This document shows, one piece after another, positions 1 to 14,149 of a DNA stretch of 64,000 nucleotides. The notes below the pieces were generated by a model. That model saw nothing but the letters and a program-made list of their open reading frames with translations. It was not told where the DNA came from and did not search any database. Position numbers and translations under genes: made by a program. The stretch comes from Eledone cirrhosa (Eukaryota), in NCBI GenBank assembly GCA_964016885.1, contig OZ024748.1, forward strand, positions 57,102,001-57,166,000, in the 5' to 3' direction. Positions within the stretch are counted from its first letter, which is position 1, and each line of letters starts with the position of its first letter.

Positions 1-155
1 GTGTGTATGTGTGTGTATATATATATGTGTGTGTGTGTGTAAATCAAGGACGGGTGGCATAGCATGGACATTGTCAGTAGGCTAGAATACGTAGAAGAGT
101 GAAAAGGTGAAAGTTTATAAATTCACACACACACAAATATATATACATACACATG

Positions 156-272
<117 letters not shown>

Positions 273-377
273 GACTGTGTGTGTGTGTGTACGCATGAGT
301 GTATATATGTATGTACGTAAGTTTATATAAATATATTCATATATATATAAATGTATATATGAGTGCATCTGTGTGTG

Positions 378-426
<49 letters not shown>

Positions 427-978
427 TTGTATGATGGTCGTACTTAAGTAAATGTAAATTTACGCGCAACAACAGTAAAGACATTTCAAAGCACACACAA
501 ACACACACACACATAAACACACACATAAACACACACACATAAACCCCCCACCCCCACCCCACCCCACCCCACCCCACCCTCACACACACAAACACAACAT
601 AAACACAACACACATTCATACAGACAGTGAAATCCACGGGAATCTGTCAAACATAAATAATTGCCGAAACGTCAATAGGATTCTATTTACAAGAAGTGAT
701 TTCAATTACCATAGCTGCTTGGATGATTGATTGTATTGGTTGCTGTTAGGAGTTTCCAATCAATGGTCTCCAATCATGGTCATTGCATTGAATCAGACTT
801 GTACACACTTCTTCTTCTTCTGCTTCTTCTTCTTCTTCTTCGTAGTCTTCTTCGTAGTCTTCTTCTTCTTCCTCTTCTTCTTCTTCTTCTTATTATTATT
901 ATTTATATTTTCCTTGTCTTCTTCTTCTTCTTCTTCTTCTTCTTCTTCTTCTTCTCCTCCTCCTTCTTCTTCTTCTTC

Positions 979-1016
<38 letters not shown>

Positions 1017-1174
1017 TATTTTTTCCTTGTCTTCTTCTTCTTGTTCTCTTTCTTTCTTTACCATTTATTTTACATTTCTTTATTTCTGTAATTTCTTCTA
1101 TCATATGTCTATTACTGTTTGAATTACAAAACTGCCAAACTACAGCCCTCACTGAAGTAAACACGAGCATTAGT

Positions 1175-1215
<41 letters not shown>

Positions 1216-1367
1216 GTACATATATATATTTATATATATATATATATATACTGTATATACATATATATATACATAAATGTATGTATATATAATTACATAT
1301 ATTTATATATATATACATAAATGTATGTATATATAATTACATATATTTATATATACATTCTTATCTC

Positions 1368-1497
<130 letters not shown>

Positions 1498-1658
1498 GTA
1501 TATATATATATATATGTATTCGTATATATATATATATATATATATAAATATATATAAACACATATATATATATTTATATATATAAACATATATATATATA
1601 TACATATGATAGATAGATATATACATATGTGTCGGTGTATATATATGTAGACATGTAC

Positions 1659-1689
<31 letters not shown>

Positions 1690-1883
1690 TGTGTGTATGT
1701 GTGTACGTATGTGTGTATGCATGAATGAATTTGCATGCATCAATTAAGCCACCTTAGACAACCTACTCATTTCCGAGACGAAAATATACACGAATATACA
1801 CGCATGCAGTAACGCTTATACGATTTCAATAATGATGGTGTATATAATATTAAATATTAATGGTAATGGTTAAAATAACATTG

Positions 1884-1974
<91 letters not shown>

Positions 1975-2269
1975 CAACAGCAGCAGCAGCAGCAGCAGTG
2001 GTAGTTGTTGTAGTAGTAGTAGAAGGAGGAAGTGGACGACTACGACGGTGATGATAATAAGGATGATGATGATGATACAACATAGGTAGAAGACTAGATA
2101 ATTTGAGGAAGGTCACATTCAAATTAATCGCTCCAGTATTTCACTGGGAAGAAAGAATAGCAACTCAGGGGCCATGTGGTGTATGATCTCAGGAAGTAAA
2201 AAATAAAACGTAATATAGTACCACGCATCGTACCCAACCGTAGACTGGGAAAAACATTGTATATACTAA

Positions 2270-3270
2270 CCTGCTCCGAAGTAGAGCCCTTGTTTCTCCA
2301 CACATTTAGCCCAAGAATCGTTTCATTATTCGAATCACTACTGCAAGAATGGTTCTAAAGTTCAACGAGGCTATCTTCCCTGATCTCCTCTCGGCTCTCA
2401 AAGAAGTCAGAATGATCCACGTTGGGGGAGTAAATAAACGGAATGATTTTCTTTTTCTTTTTAGCCAAGATATTTTGAATCAGCTGCAGTGAGTCAGGTG
2501 GAGCGAGGGGGACGTTGTCAAGATGTAGCTGTCAGTTTTCTGAGGTTCAAAGAAGCTATCTCCCTTATCTCAAAGAAGTCAGAATGAGCCACGTTTGGGG
2601 AGTAATGCGCTTAGTATATAAACGGAATGATTTTCTTTTCCTTTTTCTTTTAGTTTAGCCAAGATATTTTGAATCAGCTGCAGTGAGTCGGGGGGGGGGG
2701 GGGGGACGTTGTCAAAATGTAGCTGCCAGTTTTCCGAGGCTCAACGAAGCTATCTCCCTGATCTCCTCTCGGCTCTCAAAGAAGTCAGAATGAGCCACTG
2801 TTGGGGAGTAATGCGCTTAGTATATAAACGGAATGATTTTCTTTTTCTATCTTTTTTTAGTCAAGATATTTTGAATCAGCTACAGTGAGTCCAGGGGCGT
2901 TGTCAAGATGTAGTTGCCAGTTTTCCGAGGGGTTACAATCCCCAATCTTTTCTGCAGAACCGTATCACTGTGAGAACTGAACGTTGATTTGGGCTCGTGC
3001 TTTTACATCCACTCTCATTCCTATTTATGGCCCTATTCAAAATCTCAGGAGCTCTGTGAGCAGCATCGGACGAAATGAAACTGTGACAAATATGTTTACA
3101 GTACCTTACACACTAGCTGCCTGACAGTGACGGAAGCAGATAACGATTTCGGCGAAACTACGGATGCGCATGAATACATGCAACTCCAATCTACAGACAT
3201 TTGTCACTATATCATCAATATTTCCTACAAGAAAAGTAAACCTGGACACTTTTCCAATAGATCTCGGATA
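2270..3270 (-). pseudogene. Mariner/Tc1-like transposase relic with internal triplication
   Basis: Minus strand reads WQLHLDNAP (~2895-2920; mariner LHHDNAP catalytic motif) and C-terminal WAKCVEKQGLYF (~2275-2312). A 170-205 bp segment (ctcaaagaagtcagaatga...) is present 3 times. A TIR-like end (ccgagatctattggaaaagt on minus strand) lies at ~3248-3268 next to (TA)n. Confidence 0.7.
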
Positions 3271-3429
3271 TTCGTATATATATATATATATATATGTACA
3301 TACATATATATATATATATATATATGTACATACATGTGTGTGTGTGACAGTCGATTGACTTTCATCCAATTGGACCGAGGAAATAATGTTTCCATTGGTC
3401 TTTCCAATTGCTAATACTTTCTATCTGTC

Positions 3430-3560
3430 GCAACTCCAGGTAGAAGGAACAACGTGAAATAAAGTGTCTTGCTCAAGGACATAACGCATCCCCTGATCCA
3501 CGAATCGAACTCACAAGCTAACGAAATAGAGTCCAATTCTCTTACCACTCAGCCAAGCCC
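3430..3560 (-). mobile_element. tRNA-derived SINE (CORE/V-like body), old copy
   Basis: Minus strand: A box tggctgagtggtaag, B box gagttcgattc, followed by gtccttgagcaagacacttt. Confidence 0.65.
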
Positions 3561-3913
3561 CTTCATTGATGAATTAGTTCTTTGAAATTCATTTCCTGTT
3601 CAAATAACTTATTTTAATTTCCTCTTCGTGATATTTTGACATAAATGTCCTTTATGGATGTCTCTTACAAAGTCGAGGAATTAGAATATTTCGTATCTTG
3701 TTATTTGTTATCTGTTTGTTTTTCCTCGTTTATTTCTCAGCAGGACACGAATGAGACAAGTTGGCAAGAAGCTGTCAAGTTAATTATCGGTGACGTCATG
3801 GTTATGACGGTCACGTGATCTTGGTGACTATAGAATTGTATTCACATTATTTACTTTCAGAAATCTTTCTTTATCGCGAATGGACTGTTTGGATGAATTA
3901 CTAGCACAGAGAC

Positions 3914-3973
<60 letters not shown>

Positions 3974-4399
3974 CGGGGTTGACGGACCCAACATATTTAT
4001 CAATGCCAAGACCGGTTGTATCTCAATAGGTAATGTAAGATACATTCACAGAGTACACACATAGTTATTCGCTTCAATACAACACACGTAAAACGGGTGC
4101 CTATAATAGTTCCCGGACACGAGTTTCGGCCACACTTAATGAAGCATATATATATACATCATATTTATATATATATATGGCGCTACACAGTAATAGAGAA
4201 GACCCGCCTTACCTAAGTACAACGTGAAACCTACTACAGTCAGTAGGCACCCCTAACAAAATACACCCCCGTGCCACTACCCCACCCCATCCACACCACC
4301 CCTTTCAATGTAAAGTTATGTTGGTGTTACAACATCCAGCCCGAAACAAGTGAGGTCGTGTAGGTGTCACGACAAAAAAACACACACTCCATGCTGTAA

Positions 4400-4605
4400 C
4401 GTGGCCGTGTAAGTAACACGGTAAAAAGCTCCCAGTTCCACACTGTAAATGTGGTTGGTGTTAGGAAGGGCATCCAGCCGTAGAAAACCCGCCAGACAGT
4501 CCTATGCGAGCAAGACAACCACTCTTGCCTCAAGTGGGAAAACTCCCGTCCAAACCCATGCAAGCGTGGAATATGGACGTTAAACGATGATGATGATGAT
4601 GATGA
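4400..4605 (+). mobile_element. RTE-related SINE/LINE 3' end with (GAT)n tail
   Basis: ggttggtgttaggaagggcatccagccgtagaaa...ggacgttaaac(gat)n resembles RTE-associated SINE tails (recall-based). Confidence 0.45.
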
Positions 4606-5058
4606 TATATATATATATATATTATATAATATTTCATTACCGAAGGTTTCAAGAAACTAGCTGCTTCTTGCAAAAAACATCTAGTGTGTTCGTCTCACAA
4701 AAAGTGATATCCATTAAAAGAACATCTTATAATGGAAAAACAATATATATATATATATAATGTACAAGTAGCTCTGTACTATACATACAGCACTCTTCTT
4801 TCCTTTAACTTTTCTAAGGAAAAATAGTTAGCACACACACACATATATATATATATACATATATATGTATATATATATATATACATATATATATACACAC
4901 ATATATATATATAGTTATATAATAAACAACATAAGACAATTATTCCATTTACCAAAGGTTTCATGGAATAACTGTCTAATGTTGTTTATTACATAAGTAA
5001 ATAGCTCTGTAGCCTACATAGAGCATTCTCCTTTCCTTTACCTTTCCTACGGAAACAC

Positions 5059-5119
<61 letters not shown>

Positions 5120-5254
5120 CACGGAGCATATGTGCATAAACACACATGCACCGTATAGTATTATAACAGTATTGTGTTAGCTCAATGAAAATGAAGAGAA
5201 AACTGTTTGAGTATGTAAGCGTTCTTTGGTTTCTTTTACATATATATATATAAC

Positions 5255-5437
5255 AAGTAATTGTGGTAAGGAACCAGGTGTACCGTAACGCACCAGAGTA
5301 CTCAAGAGTAGTAGAGTGGGAAATAAGAAAAAGTATGACACCGACGGCAGAGCTCAAGCCGTTTCGACGGCTATTTCAGTCCAGAAATAGCCGTCGAAAC
5401 GGCTTGAGCTCTGCCGTCGGGGTCATACTTTTTCCTA
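5255..5437. mobile_element. Fold-back element family A (3' half of hammerhead; PLE-like terminus), copy 1
   Basis: Near-perfect palindrome 5323-5437 containing GAAACGGC-TTGAGCTCT-GCCGTC-GGGGTC, flanked by (TA)n. Confidence 0.7.
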
Positions 5438-5491
5438 TATATATATATATATATAATGTGTGTGTATATATACATATATATATAAATGTGT

Positions 5492-5560
<69 letters not shown>

Positions 5561-5994
5561 AATATATATGTGTATTTGTGTAGCCTTAAAATCAATCTTA
5601 TCGATATATATTATCGATGTACCGTAGTAATATTGCATTATTGTATTATTGATAAATGAACGAAGCGATTGGCTAACCTAAATCCCTATCTAACAGTGTA
5701 CGCTTACAAGAGTTTCCTGTTTTGCTTTAAAGACTGCTCAAGTCAGTTTAACTATTATGGCAATGCTATGCAATATCTTATTTATTCAGTCAATGCTTAG
5801 TGTATTATATCAACACGTATATATCGATGATCGTTTTCTCCTGTCTCCAACGTACCTCACTTAGTCTAACATTCGTTTGCCGATAGCTATGGAAAGAATT
5901 GTGTGAACTTAATTTTAATTCTATCTCTCAACCAATTAAAACACCAGGAACAAGAGCTTTTTTGTATGTCCGATTTTATGTGGGTATGTATGTA

Positions 5995-6011
5995 CCTATG
6001 TATGTTTCTAC

Positions 6012-6045
<34 letters not shown>

Positions 6046-6247
6046 GTGTGTATATATATATGTATATATATGTATGTATATATATATGTGTGTATATATA
6101 TATGGATATATATATATATATGTATATATATATATGGATATATATATATGGATATATATATATATGGATATATATATATATATGGATATATATATATGGA
6201 TATATATATATATGGATATATATATATATATGGATATATATATATGG

Positions 6248-6279
<32 letters not shown>

Positions 6280-6337
6280 TATATATATGTATATATATAT
6301 GTATATATATATGTATATATATATGTATATATATATG

Positions 6338-6368
<31 letters not shown>

Positions 6369-6455
6369 GTATATATATATGTATATATATATGTATATAC
6401 ATATATATACATATATATACATATATATAAATATTTGTATATATATATATATTTG

Positions 6456-6512
<57 letters not shown>

Positions 6513-6601
6513 GTATATATATATGTATATATATATGTATATACATATATATACATATATATACATATATATAAATATTTGTATATATATATATATATTT
6601 G

Positions 6602-6648
<47 letters not shown>

Positions 6649-6649
6649 T

Positions 6650-6688
<39 letters not shown>

Positions 6689-6699
6689 ATATATATGTA

Positions 6700-6734
<35 letters not shown>

Positions 6735-6735
6735 T

Positions 6736-6788
<53 letters not shown>

Positions 6789-6791
6789 TTG

Positions 6792-6826
<35 letters not shown>

Positions 6827-6970
6827 TTGTATATATATATATATATACATATATACACATATATATATATATAAATATATATATGCATGTATGTATATAT
6901 ATAAATATATGTATGTATATGTATATATGTATATGTATGTATATATAAATATGTATATATATGTATGTAT
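5995..6970. repeat. ~1 kb compound (TA)n microsatellite
   Basis: TA run interrupted by GGA/TG/TTTG variants, with an internal duplicated block; source of the IY-rich ORFs. Confidence 0.95.
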
Positions 6971-7241
6971 ATATGTTTGCATTTATGTCGGTCAGTGTGT
7001 ATATATATGAGTATTTATGGGGAGAAACGTGCAAACACATGCTCAAATATTATCACACTATCATACTCCTAATGTACATACATATATATATATACATATA
7101 TACATGGTGGCTGCCAACTCGTTTTCGAGTACGGCCACTACTTTATATCCATGTAGGAGAACCCCTACCGATGCGCTGAACAGGAGGGTGACATATATAC
7201 ATACATACATACATACATACATACATACATACATACATACA

Positions 7242-7304
<63 letters not shown>

Positions 7305-7306
<2 letters not shown>

Positions 7307-7670
7307 ATTAATAAAAAAATAATGAATAAAAACAAAGAAACAGTTCCTTATATTAAAAAATTCATCATTTTACGATAGTTTCTAGGATATATATGTGTGT
7401 GTTGGTATGTATATCATATAGATCTATGTAAAAAATGTTTACAAACTATCAGAGGGAATATACATACCTACACATATATATGCTGTCTTCAGAAAGAATT
7501 ATGTATATAATATGTATATTCCCTCTGATAGTTTGTACATTTTTTTTTACATAGATCTATATGATATACATACCAACACACACATATATATCCTAGAAAC
7601 GATCGTAAAATGATGAATTTTTTAATATAAGGAACTGTTTCTTTGTTTTTATTCATTATTTTTATTAATT
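7305..7670. mobile_element. Fold-back element with ~160-bp inverted arms and an extended-stem-II hammerhead-like motif
   Basis: Arms 7305-7466 and 7511-7670 are reverse complements. Minus strand 7499-7360: TTT CTGAAGA ... long stem II ... GAAA CTATCGTA AAA. Confidence 0.65.
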
Positions 7671-7805
7671 TATCTTGACTCTGTTTTCCTGTGTTTTTCA
7701 TCGAAAAAAGTTTTGAATACATCTTCTCTTTTCATGATATTTGGATTACATTGAGTTCTTCATACGGATTGGACACTACCGTATATTTTGGTAGATTTAT
7801 CTACA

Positions 7806-7844
<39 letters not shown>

Positions 7845-7932
7845 ATGTGTATATATATATATATTTATATATATATATATATATATTATGGCATACTGTT
7901 GGCTTTTCGCTACAATGTTTTCTATACCTTTC

Positions 7933-7985
<53 letters not shown>

Positions 7986-8393
7986 TATGCGCCTCTATCA
8001 GGGAAGTTGAGAAAGGTATATCTCTATCTGAGTGAGTTTTATGTCATAGAAGTTCTCTTCACTCTACGTATTTATAATGACTCCTCATAAATATATGGCA
8101 TTCGTTCAATGGCGCCGGCTCTCCACCTACTCACAACTAATTCGATTTCAAAATGTACATACCGCTTTCAGCAACCTAAAGAGATTTACGCCACACTCAG
8201 ATCAAATGGTTCTCTTCTTTAGCAATACTTGTGAGCTTTATGCTACTTGTTACAACCATCGACAAATGCTGATTCGCTACAAATGTTGTAATCGATCGAA
8301 CCGATGTTACAGCCAACACCCACATACTATTAAGAGAGGCATGCGTGTGCACACACACACTCACACGTATGTGTATGAATGTATTTATATATA

Positions 8394-8464
<71 letters not shown>

Positions 8465-8533
8465 TCAAGGTTTAGCAAATAAGAGAAAGTTTCAAAATAA
8501 CTTTTAAAAAATTAAATTTACTCACTTTGTTTA

Positions 8534-8617
8534 CCTTTACCGAATCTGTTTCGAGTCTCAAAAATAAACGGACAGTCCATACGGCATCCGTTGCAAAGAT
8601 AAACTCTCGTCAGAAGG
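8534..8617 (-). ncRNA. Type I hammerhead ribozyme motif (GUA cleavage)
   Basis: CCTT CTGACGA GAGTTT...AGACTC GAAA C AGATTCG GT A AAGG. Stem I CCTT/AAGG; inner hairpin AACGGATG/TGTCCGTT. Confidence 0.8.
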
Positions 8618-8687
8618 ATCTTTTCACTCAGAGAATAGGGATATATATACTTTATATATGTATATATATATTTATACATATATGTAT

Positions 8688-8718
<31 letters not shown>

Positions 8719-8722
<4 letters not shown>

Positions 8723-8925
8723 AACCAGTAAGACCCCGACAGCTGAGCTCAAGCCGTTTCGACGGCTAATTCAGGACTCTAATTCTGAGTCCAGAATTAG
8801 CCGTCGAAACGGCTTGAGCTCAGCTGTCGGGGTCTTACTGGTGCCTATTACCCACTCTACTACCTCAAGTATTGAGTACTTTGGTGCGTTATGGTCCACC
8901 TGGTTCCTTACCACATTTCCTTCGT

Positions 8926-8927
<2 letters not shown>
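8719..8927. mobile_element. Fold-back element family A, copy 2
   Basis: Palindrome 8719-8847 plus single-copy tail ending cttaccacatttccttcgtta; embedded in (TA)n. Confidence 0.75.
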
Positions 8928-8959
<32 letters not shown>

Positions 8960-9130
8960 TATATACATATATATATACACATACATATATATATATGCAT
9001 ACTTATATATACATACGTACACACACACACACACATATATATATACATATATAAAAATATATAGATATATATATACATATGTATATATAGGTATATATAT
9101 ATATATACATACATATATATATATACATAC

Positions 9131-9353
<223 letters not shown>

Positions 9354-9483
9354 GAAGTTATATTTAATTTGTTGGGATACAACAAGCAAATATTTTTATA
9401 ACTGATATAAAGGAATCAACAAATTTTAGGAGTAAAAATACAAAATATTAATAAATGGAAACTATAATTATAAAACCATATTT

Positions 9484-9546
9484 ATTTCATTATACATATT
9501 TCAAGGACACCAAAGCAAATTATTGTGCGCTTTCATCAGATAAAAT
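9484..9546 (-). ncRNA. Hammerhead ribozyme motif, family B
   Basis: ATTTTAT CTGATGA AAGCGCAC...GTGTCCTT GAAA TATGTAT A ATGAAAT; lies within element ~9435-9625. Confidence 0.75.
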
Positions 9547-9620
9547 ATAATATAGATCAGTTTTATAAACAAATATTGACATACCCTTAAAAGAATGCGA
9601 CCATGTCTGTTGGAAGCTCC

Positions 9621-9681
<61 letters not shown>

Positions 9682-9946
9682 ACATCCATACACGCAAACG
9701 TAAACACACACACACATACACGCATGTATGTTGGTATATGATTATTTTAGCTCAGATTCCCATATATACATCTATATACATATGAATTTAAAATGAAGGC
9801 ATGCCCTTGCATATTAAACAATAACAGCCTTGGTGAGTCGATCAACAATAGATGTTATGAGGAGATGAAGACAAAAAAAAATCACAGTCGAATAAAAAGT
9901 CTCTATCTGTTAGTGATGAGAGAAATTCTTCGTCGAACCAACCCCA

Positions 9947-10133
9947 GTGGATTGGCAGTATCGGTAGAGGGTCGGACCTCATGCTTTGCTGCATAGAGTT
10001 ACACGCCTTTACGATCTGAGTTCAAATCCCGCCTAGGTTATCTTTGTCTTTCATCCTTATGGGGTCGATAAAATAAAGTACCAGTAATGCACTGGGATAA
10101 TTGCTGGCCTTGTGTCGAAAGTAGAAACAATTA
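9947..10133 (+). mobile_element. tRNA-derived SINE (major young family; Meta/MESC-like central domain)
   Basis: A box tggcagtatcggtaga, B box gagttcaaatcc, central tttcatccttatggggtcgataaaataaagtaccag, 3' end gtagaaacaatt. Confidence 0.85.
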
Positions 10134-10395
10134 AATCTACACTATACTACTCTCCTACTGAGGTGTATCACCCTTGCAGCGGGCAGCTATTACTGACGTC
10201 TCTTTGTAAGATCCTATAGGGTTAACTGCATCATTCTCATCCTGACGAGATGATAGGAGAAGCCGCTCAAAACCAATCGAATATCACCTTGAAGAGCTGA
10301 GCAACATTAATCTTTCATTAGTGGAAGATACCACTACCATTCATTCATTTCATATATTTGTCTTACTGATGAACGTAGAGGTAGTGTTGAATATA

Positions 10396-10874
10396 GGAGG
10401 GTCAGCTGAAAAACTTAGAGGCTGAAAATGAGGGATTGCCATCTAATCAAAGGCATCCCAGTCGTGAATATCGCGTGTGGTAGTTGGGAAATTCTAGTAA
10501 GTATAAATAAATATTTTCTTTATTTTGTTGGCAGAAAAGAACGGCTGAAAAGTTCATATGCTGACTATGAAAGATTAACGATAGAGCTGTGAATTCTTGC
10601 TTGCATTAATTTCAACTCTTCTTTCAAATCCCGCCGAGGTTAACTTTGCCTTTCATCCTTACGGGGTCGATAAAATAAAGTACTAGTAATACACTGAGTA
10701 ATTGCTGGCCTTGTGCCAAAAGTAGAAACAATTAATTTCAACTCTTCTTATTAATAAATGCATTATTTCTTTCCAAGGACTATGTTGAAAAATTAACCTC
10801 ATTTGGTCATTTCATGAAAGTATCTTAATCAGGCTATGAAATGTTCTACCTTTGAACGTTTCAGCTGACCCTCG
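10396..10874. mobile_element. Mariner-type MITE with nested SINE
   Basis: TIRs (ta)ggagggtcagctgaaa at 10396 and tttcagctgaccctcg(ca) ending at 10874. Confidence 0.7.
10624..10733 (+). mobile_element. 5'-truncated SINE with 19-bp target-site duplication
   Basis: attaatttcaactcttctt on both sides (~10605 and 10731). Confidence 0.85.
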
Positions 10875-11459
10875 CATGCAAAATAAATATTTTCTGCAGA
10901 AAATAGTTGAACTCTATAAACAAACATCTACGTATCCCGTATGTAACCTAAAGCTGGTATGCAAAAACAAAGATATGAAACCACGGACAGCCATAAGCGA
11001 GAAAAGATCAATCAAAGCAAATCTCGTTGTAAGCAACTACATTAAAATATGCTGCTGATTGTACTTCATAAGATAACTTGGTAAAATGTTTCTACGTTAG
11101 TGAAAACCTTTTCCCACTGCAAAAAATCCTCTCAGAAAGATTCATCATAATATAATAATAGAAGAACGAAAAACTGTATGACTGCGTATATACTTACGTA
11201 TATATTTATATATATGCAAGTTTGTATGTATTTATATAGTTTATATATGTATGCATGTAAGCATTTGTGTATGTATATATGCAAGTATGTATGTATTTAT
11301 ATATTTTATATATGTATGCATGTAAGCATTTGTGTATGTATATATGCATGTATGTATGTTTATATGTATGCATGTAAAAAGTATATCGATATATCAAAAC
11401 GTAGACAGCTTCGAACCCTGAAGTTGTGTGTATCAGATGTTTATATATTGATGCAAACG

Positions 11460-11642
11460 TTGGCAGTATCGGTAGAGGGTCGGACGCCATGATTTGACGC
11501 ATAGAGTTACAGCCCTTGCCATTCTGAGTTCAAATCCCGCCGAGGTTAACTTTGCCTTTCATCCTTACGGGGTCGATAAAATAAAGTACCAGTAATGTAC
11601 TGGTTATTGCTGGCCTTGTGCCAAAAGTAGAAACAATTATAA
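11460..11642 (+). mobile_element. tRNA-derived SINE, major family
   Basis: High identity to the 9947 copy. Confidence 0.85.
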
Positions 11643-11652
11643 TATCTCTCTC

Positions 11653-11683
<31 letters not shown>

Positions 11684-12455
11684 TGTGTATGTATGAATGT
11701 GTGTGTGTATATATATATATACATATATATATACACACACACATTCATACAAACACATATAATATATATATATATATATATTTATATATACATATGTATA
11801 TATATAATGTTATAAGTTTATATAATAGCGACAACAGAAGCTGTGAGCTTGAGAATGTGAGGAAGAGAGAGAGAGAGAGTGAAAGGGACATAAAGAGAAA
11901 ATGACTGAAACACTGAGTGTGTGCAAGTGTGTGTGTGTGTGTGTGTGTGTCTGTGTGTGTGTGACTAAATGCTAACTGGTTACATAAAATGAAGACCAAT
12001 GCAGTCAGTCAGTTATGGTGTCTGTAGTACTACAAACAGCCACTGGTCATCTTTAGTAAGAAGCTAAGCTAAGGCTAGAGTGAAGGGACGACACAAAACT
12101 AAACTGAACTGAACGAAGAAGCTTTCGTAGGTGGGGAAGTGAATGTGACAGAGACAAAGGGGCGAAGTGGGGTGAGAGGGGTGTGGAGAAGGAACTAGAG
12201 GAAGAGGGTGGGGAAAATGAAAGTTACATAAAGGTGGAGGGGGAAACGGAAGGGAAGAGAAGGATGAAAAGATTGAATAATATAGGAAAATGTGACATAT
12301 TAAAAGGAAAAGAACTAGAGTAATCGATATAAATTAAGGTAATACGCAGTATATAGATATAACCAAAGATTAATATGGTTCATTGCTTACTCAATGAATA
12401 CAGTTTTACAATAGATTAAAAGCACTCAACAATGAAATATTCCTCGAGTTTTAAT

Positions 12456-12800
12456 ATTATTCAAAATATTAACAAATGAAGATATTCACATAATCAAAAT
12501 ATATGCTTTATTATATATATTTCGGGGGTACTGTGTTGTTTTTCAGTACGTCCTCGTCAGATAAAATATATGATTTGATATATGACATACCTCTACGGTC
12601 TTGATAGTTCAATTCCAGTATTGGCAATAATACTGGAATACTGGAATTGAAATATCAAGACCGTAGAGGTATGCCACATATATCAAATCCTATATTTCAT
12701 CTGACGAGGACGTACAGGAAAAAAACATCACAGTACCTATATAATAAAGCATATATTTTGATTATGTGAATATCTTCATTTGTTAATATTTTGAATAATA
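12456..12800. mobile_element. Fold-back element, hammerhead family D
   Basis: ~165-bp inverted arms. Minus 12565-12507: TTTAT CTGACGA GGACGTACTG...CAGTACCCCC GAAA TATATAT A ATAAA. The plus-arm copy has lost GAAA. Confidence 0.75.
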
Positions 12801-13251
12801 TATATATATGTGTGTGTTTCTCTGTGTGTGTGTGTTTGTGTGTGTATATGTATTCTTGATTGCTGTCGGGGAAAGGGTGTAAACACAGTTTAAAAAGGTA
12901 CTCAATACATTGGTAGAGTATAGGGCATGTGATGATTTCTTACGAATGAAACAGTTCTAGTCCTGTAGAATTAATGTCCATGTAGAGTAAAACAAAAAAA
13001 TAATAATATAATATATATATATAAATAAATATATATATATATATACCGATGATTTCATACAGAGGTCCTTTCTTTTAATTAAATAAATATTCGACTTTTC
13101 TACTAACGTATTGAGTAACTTATATTACCGTGGTCATTATCGATGTAATTAATGGTGTTCCACTGATTGGAGACTGATCAATCACTATTGTGAAATTGTT
13201 CGTTCAATTCTCTAAATATTTGTTTTCTAGAAGTACCTCTACGTAGTACAT

Positions 13252-13332
<81 letters not shown>

Positions 13333-13771
13333 TTCAGTGAATTACTGGTGGTGGTTCCCAAATGAGCGCTTGATGCACAAAAAGAGTGTATATATTAAAT
13401 GTTGTATATGTGTGTTTGTGTGTATACATGCGTACATACATACATACACACACACGCACTATATATGTGTGTGTAAATATATATATGTATGTATGTGTGT
13501 GTATATATAGGATGAGGGAGAGAGAGGAAGATAGAGTGTGAAATAGAATGATTGTTGTGTAAGTAAGAGATGGATTGAAGTGAAAATGAAAGGTTTTGGA
13601 GACGTCTAGATAGATAGATACTTACAGATGGACGTAGATAGAGAGAGGTATTGTAGGGACTAAAGAGAGAGGGGGGAGTGAAAGTCTGAGAGACAGGGGG
13701 GGGGGGAGAAAGAGAGTGAAAGTCTGAGAGAGAGAAAGAGAGAGAGAGCGAGAGAAAGGGAGAGAAAGTCT

Positions 13772-13808
<37 letters not shown>

Positions 13809-14149
13809 AGTGAAAGTCTGAGAGAGAGAGGGAGAAAGAGAGTGAAAGTCTGAGAGAGAGAGAGAGGGGAAGAGAGGGAGAAAGAGAGTGAAAGTCTTAG
13901 AGAGAGAAATAGGGGAGAAACAGAGTAAAAGTATGAGAGAGAGAAAGAGTGAGAAACAGAGTAAAAGTCTGAGAGAGAGAAAGAGTGAGATAGAGAGTGA
14001 AAGTCTGGGAGAGAGAAAGGGAGAGGCAGGAATACATGGGGAAGGGCTAGAGGGACAGATTATACGTAATAGTGAGACTGTGTCCTAAGTACGATGCAAT
14101 GATATCTCCCGCGGCGTTGTGGTCAGTCGTAATGAGGTGATTTGTAGAG

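Noticed and set aside
5887-7046. Long IY/YM-rich ORFs (up to 349 aa) and similar ones across the window
   Set aside because: Translations of (TA)n/(CA)n microsatellites; open in many frames on both strands
9947-10035. tRNA genes
   Set aside because: A/B boxes belong to SINE heads; no cloverleaf, and each is followed by the SINE body
10238-10285. CTGACGA...CTCAAAAC possible hammerhead
   Set aside because: No GAAA and no convincing stems I/III
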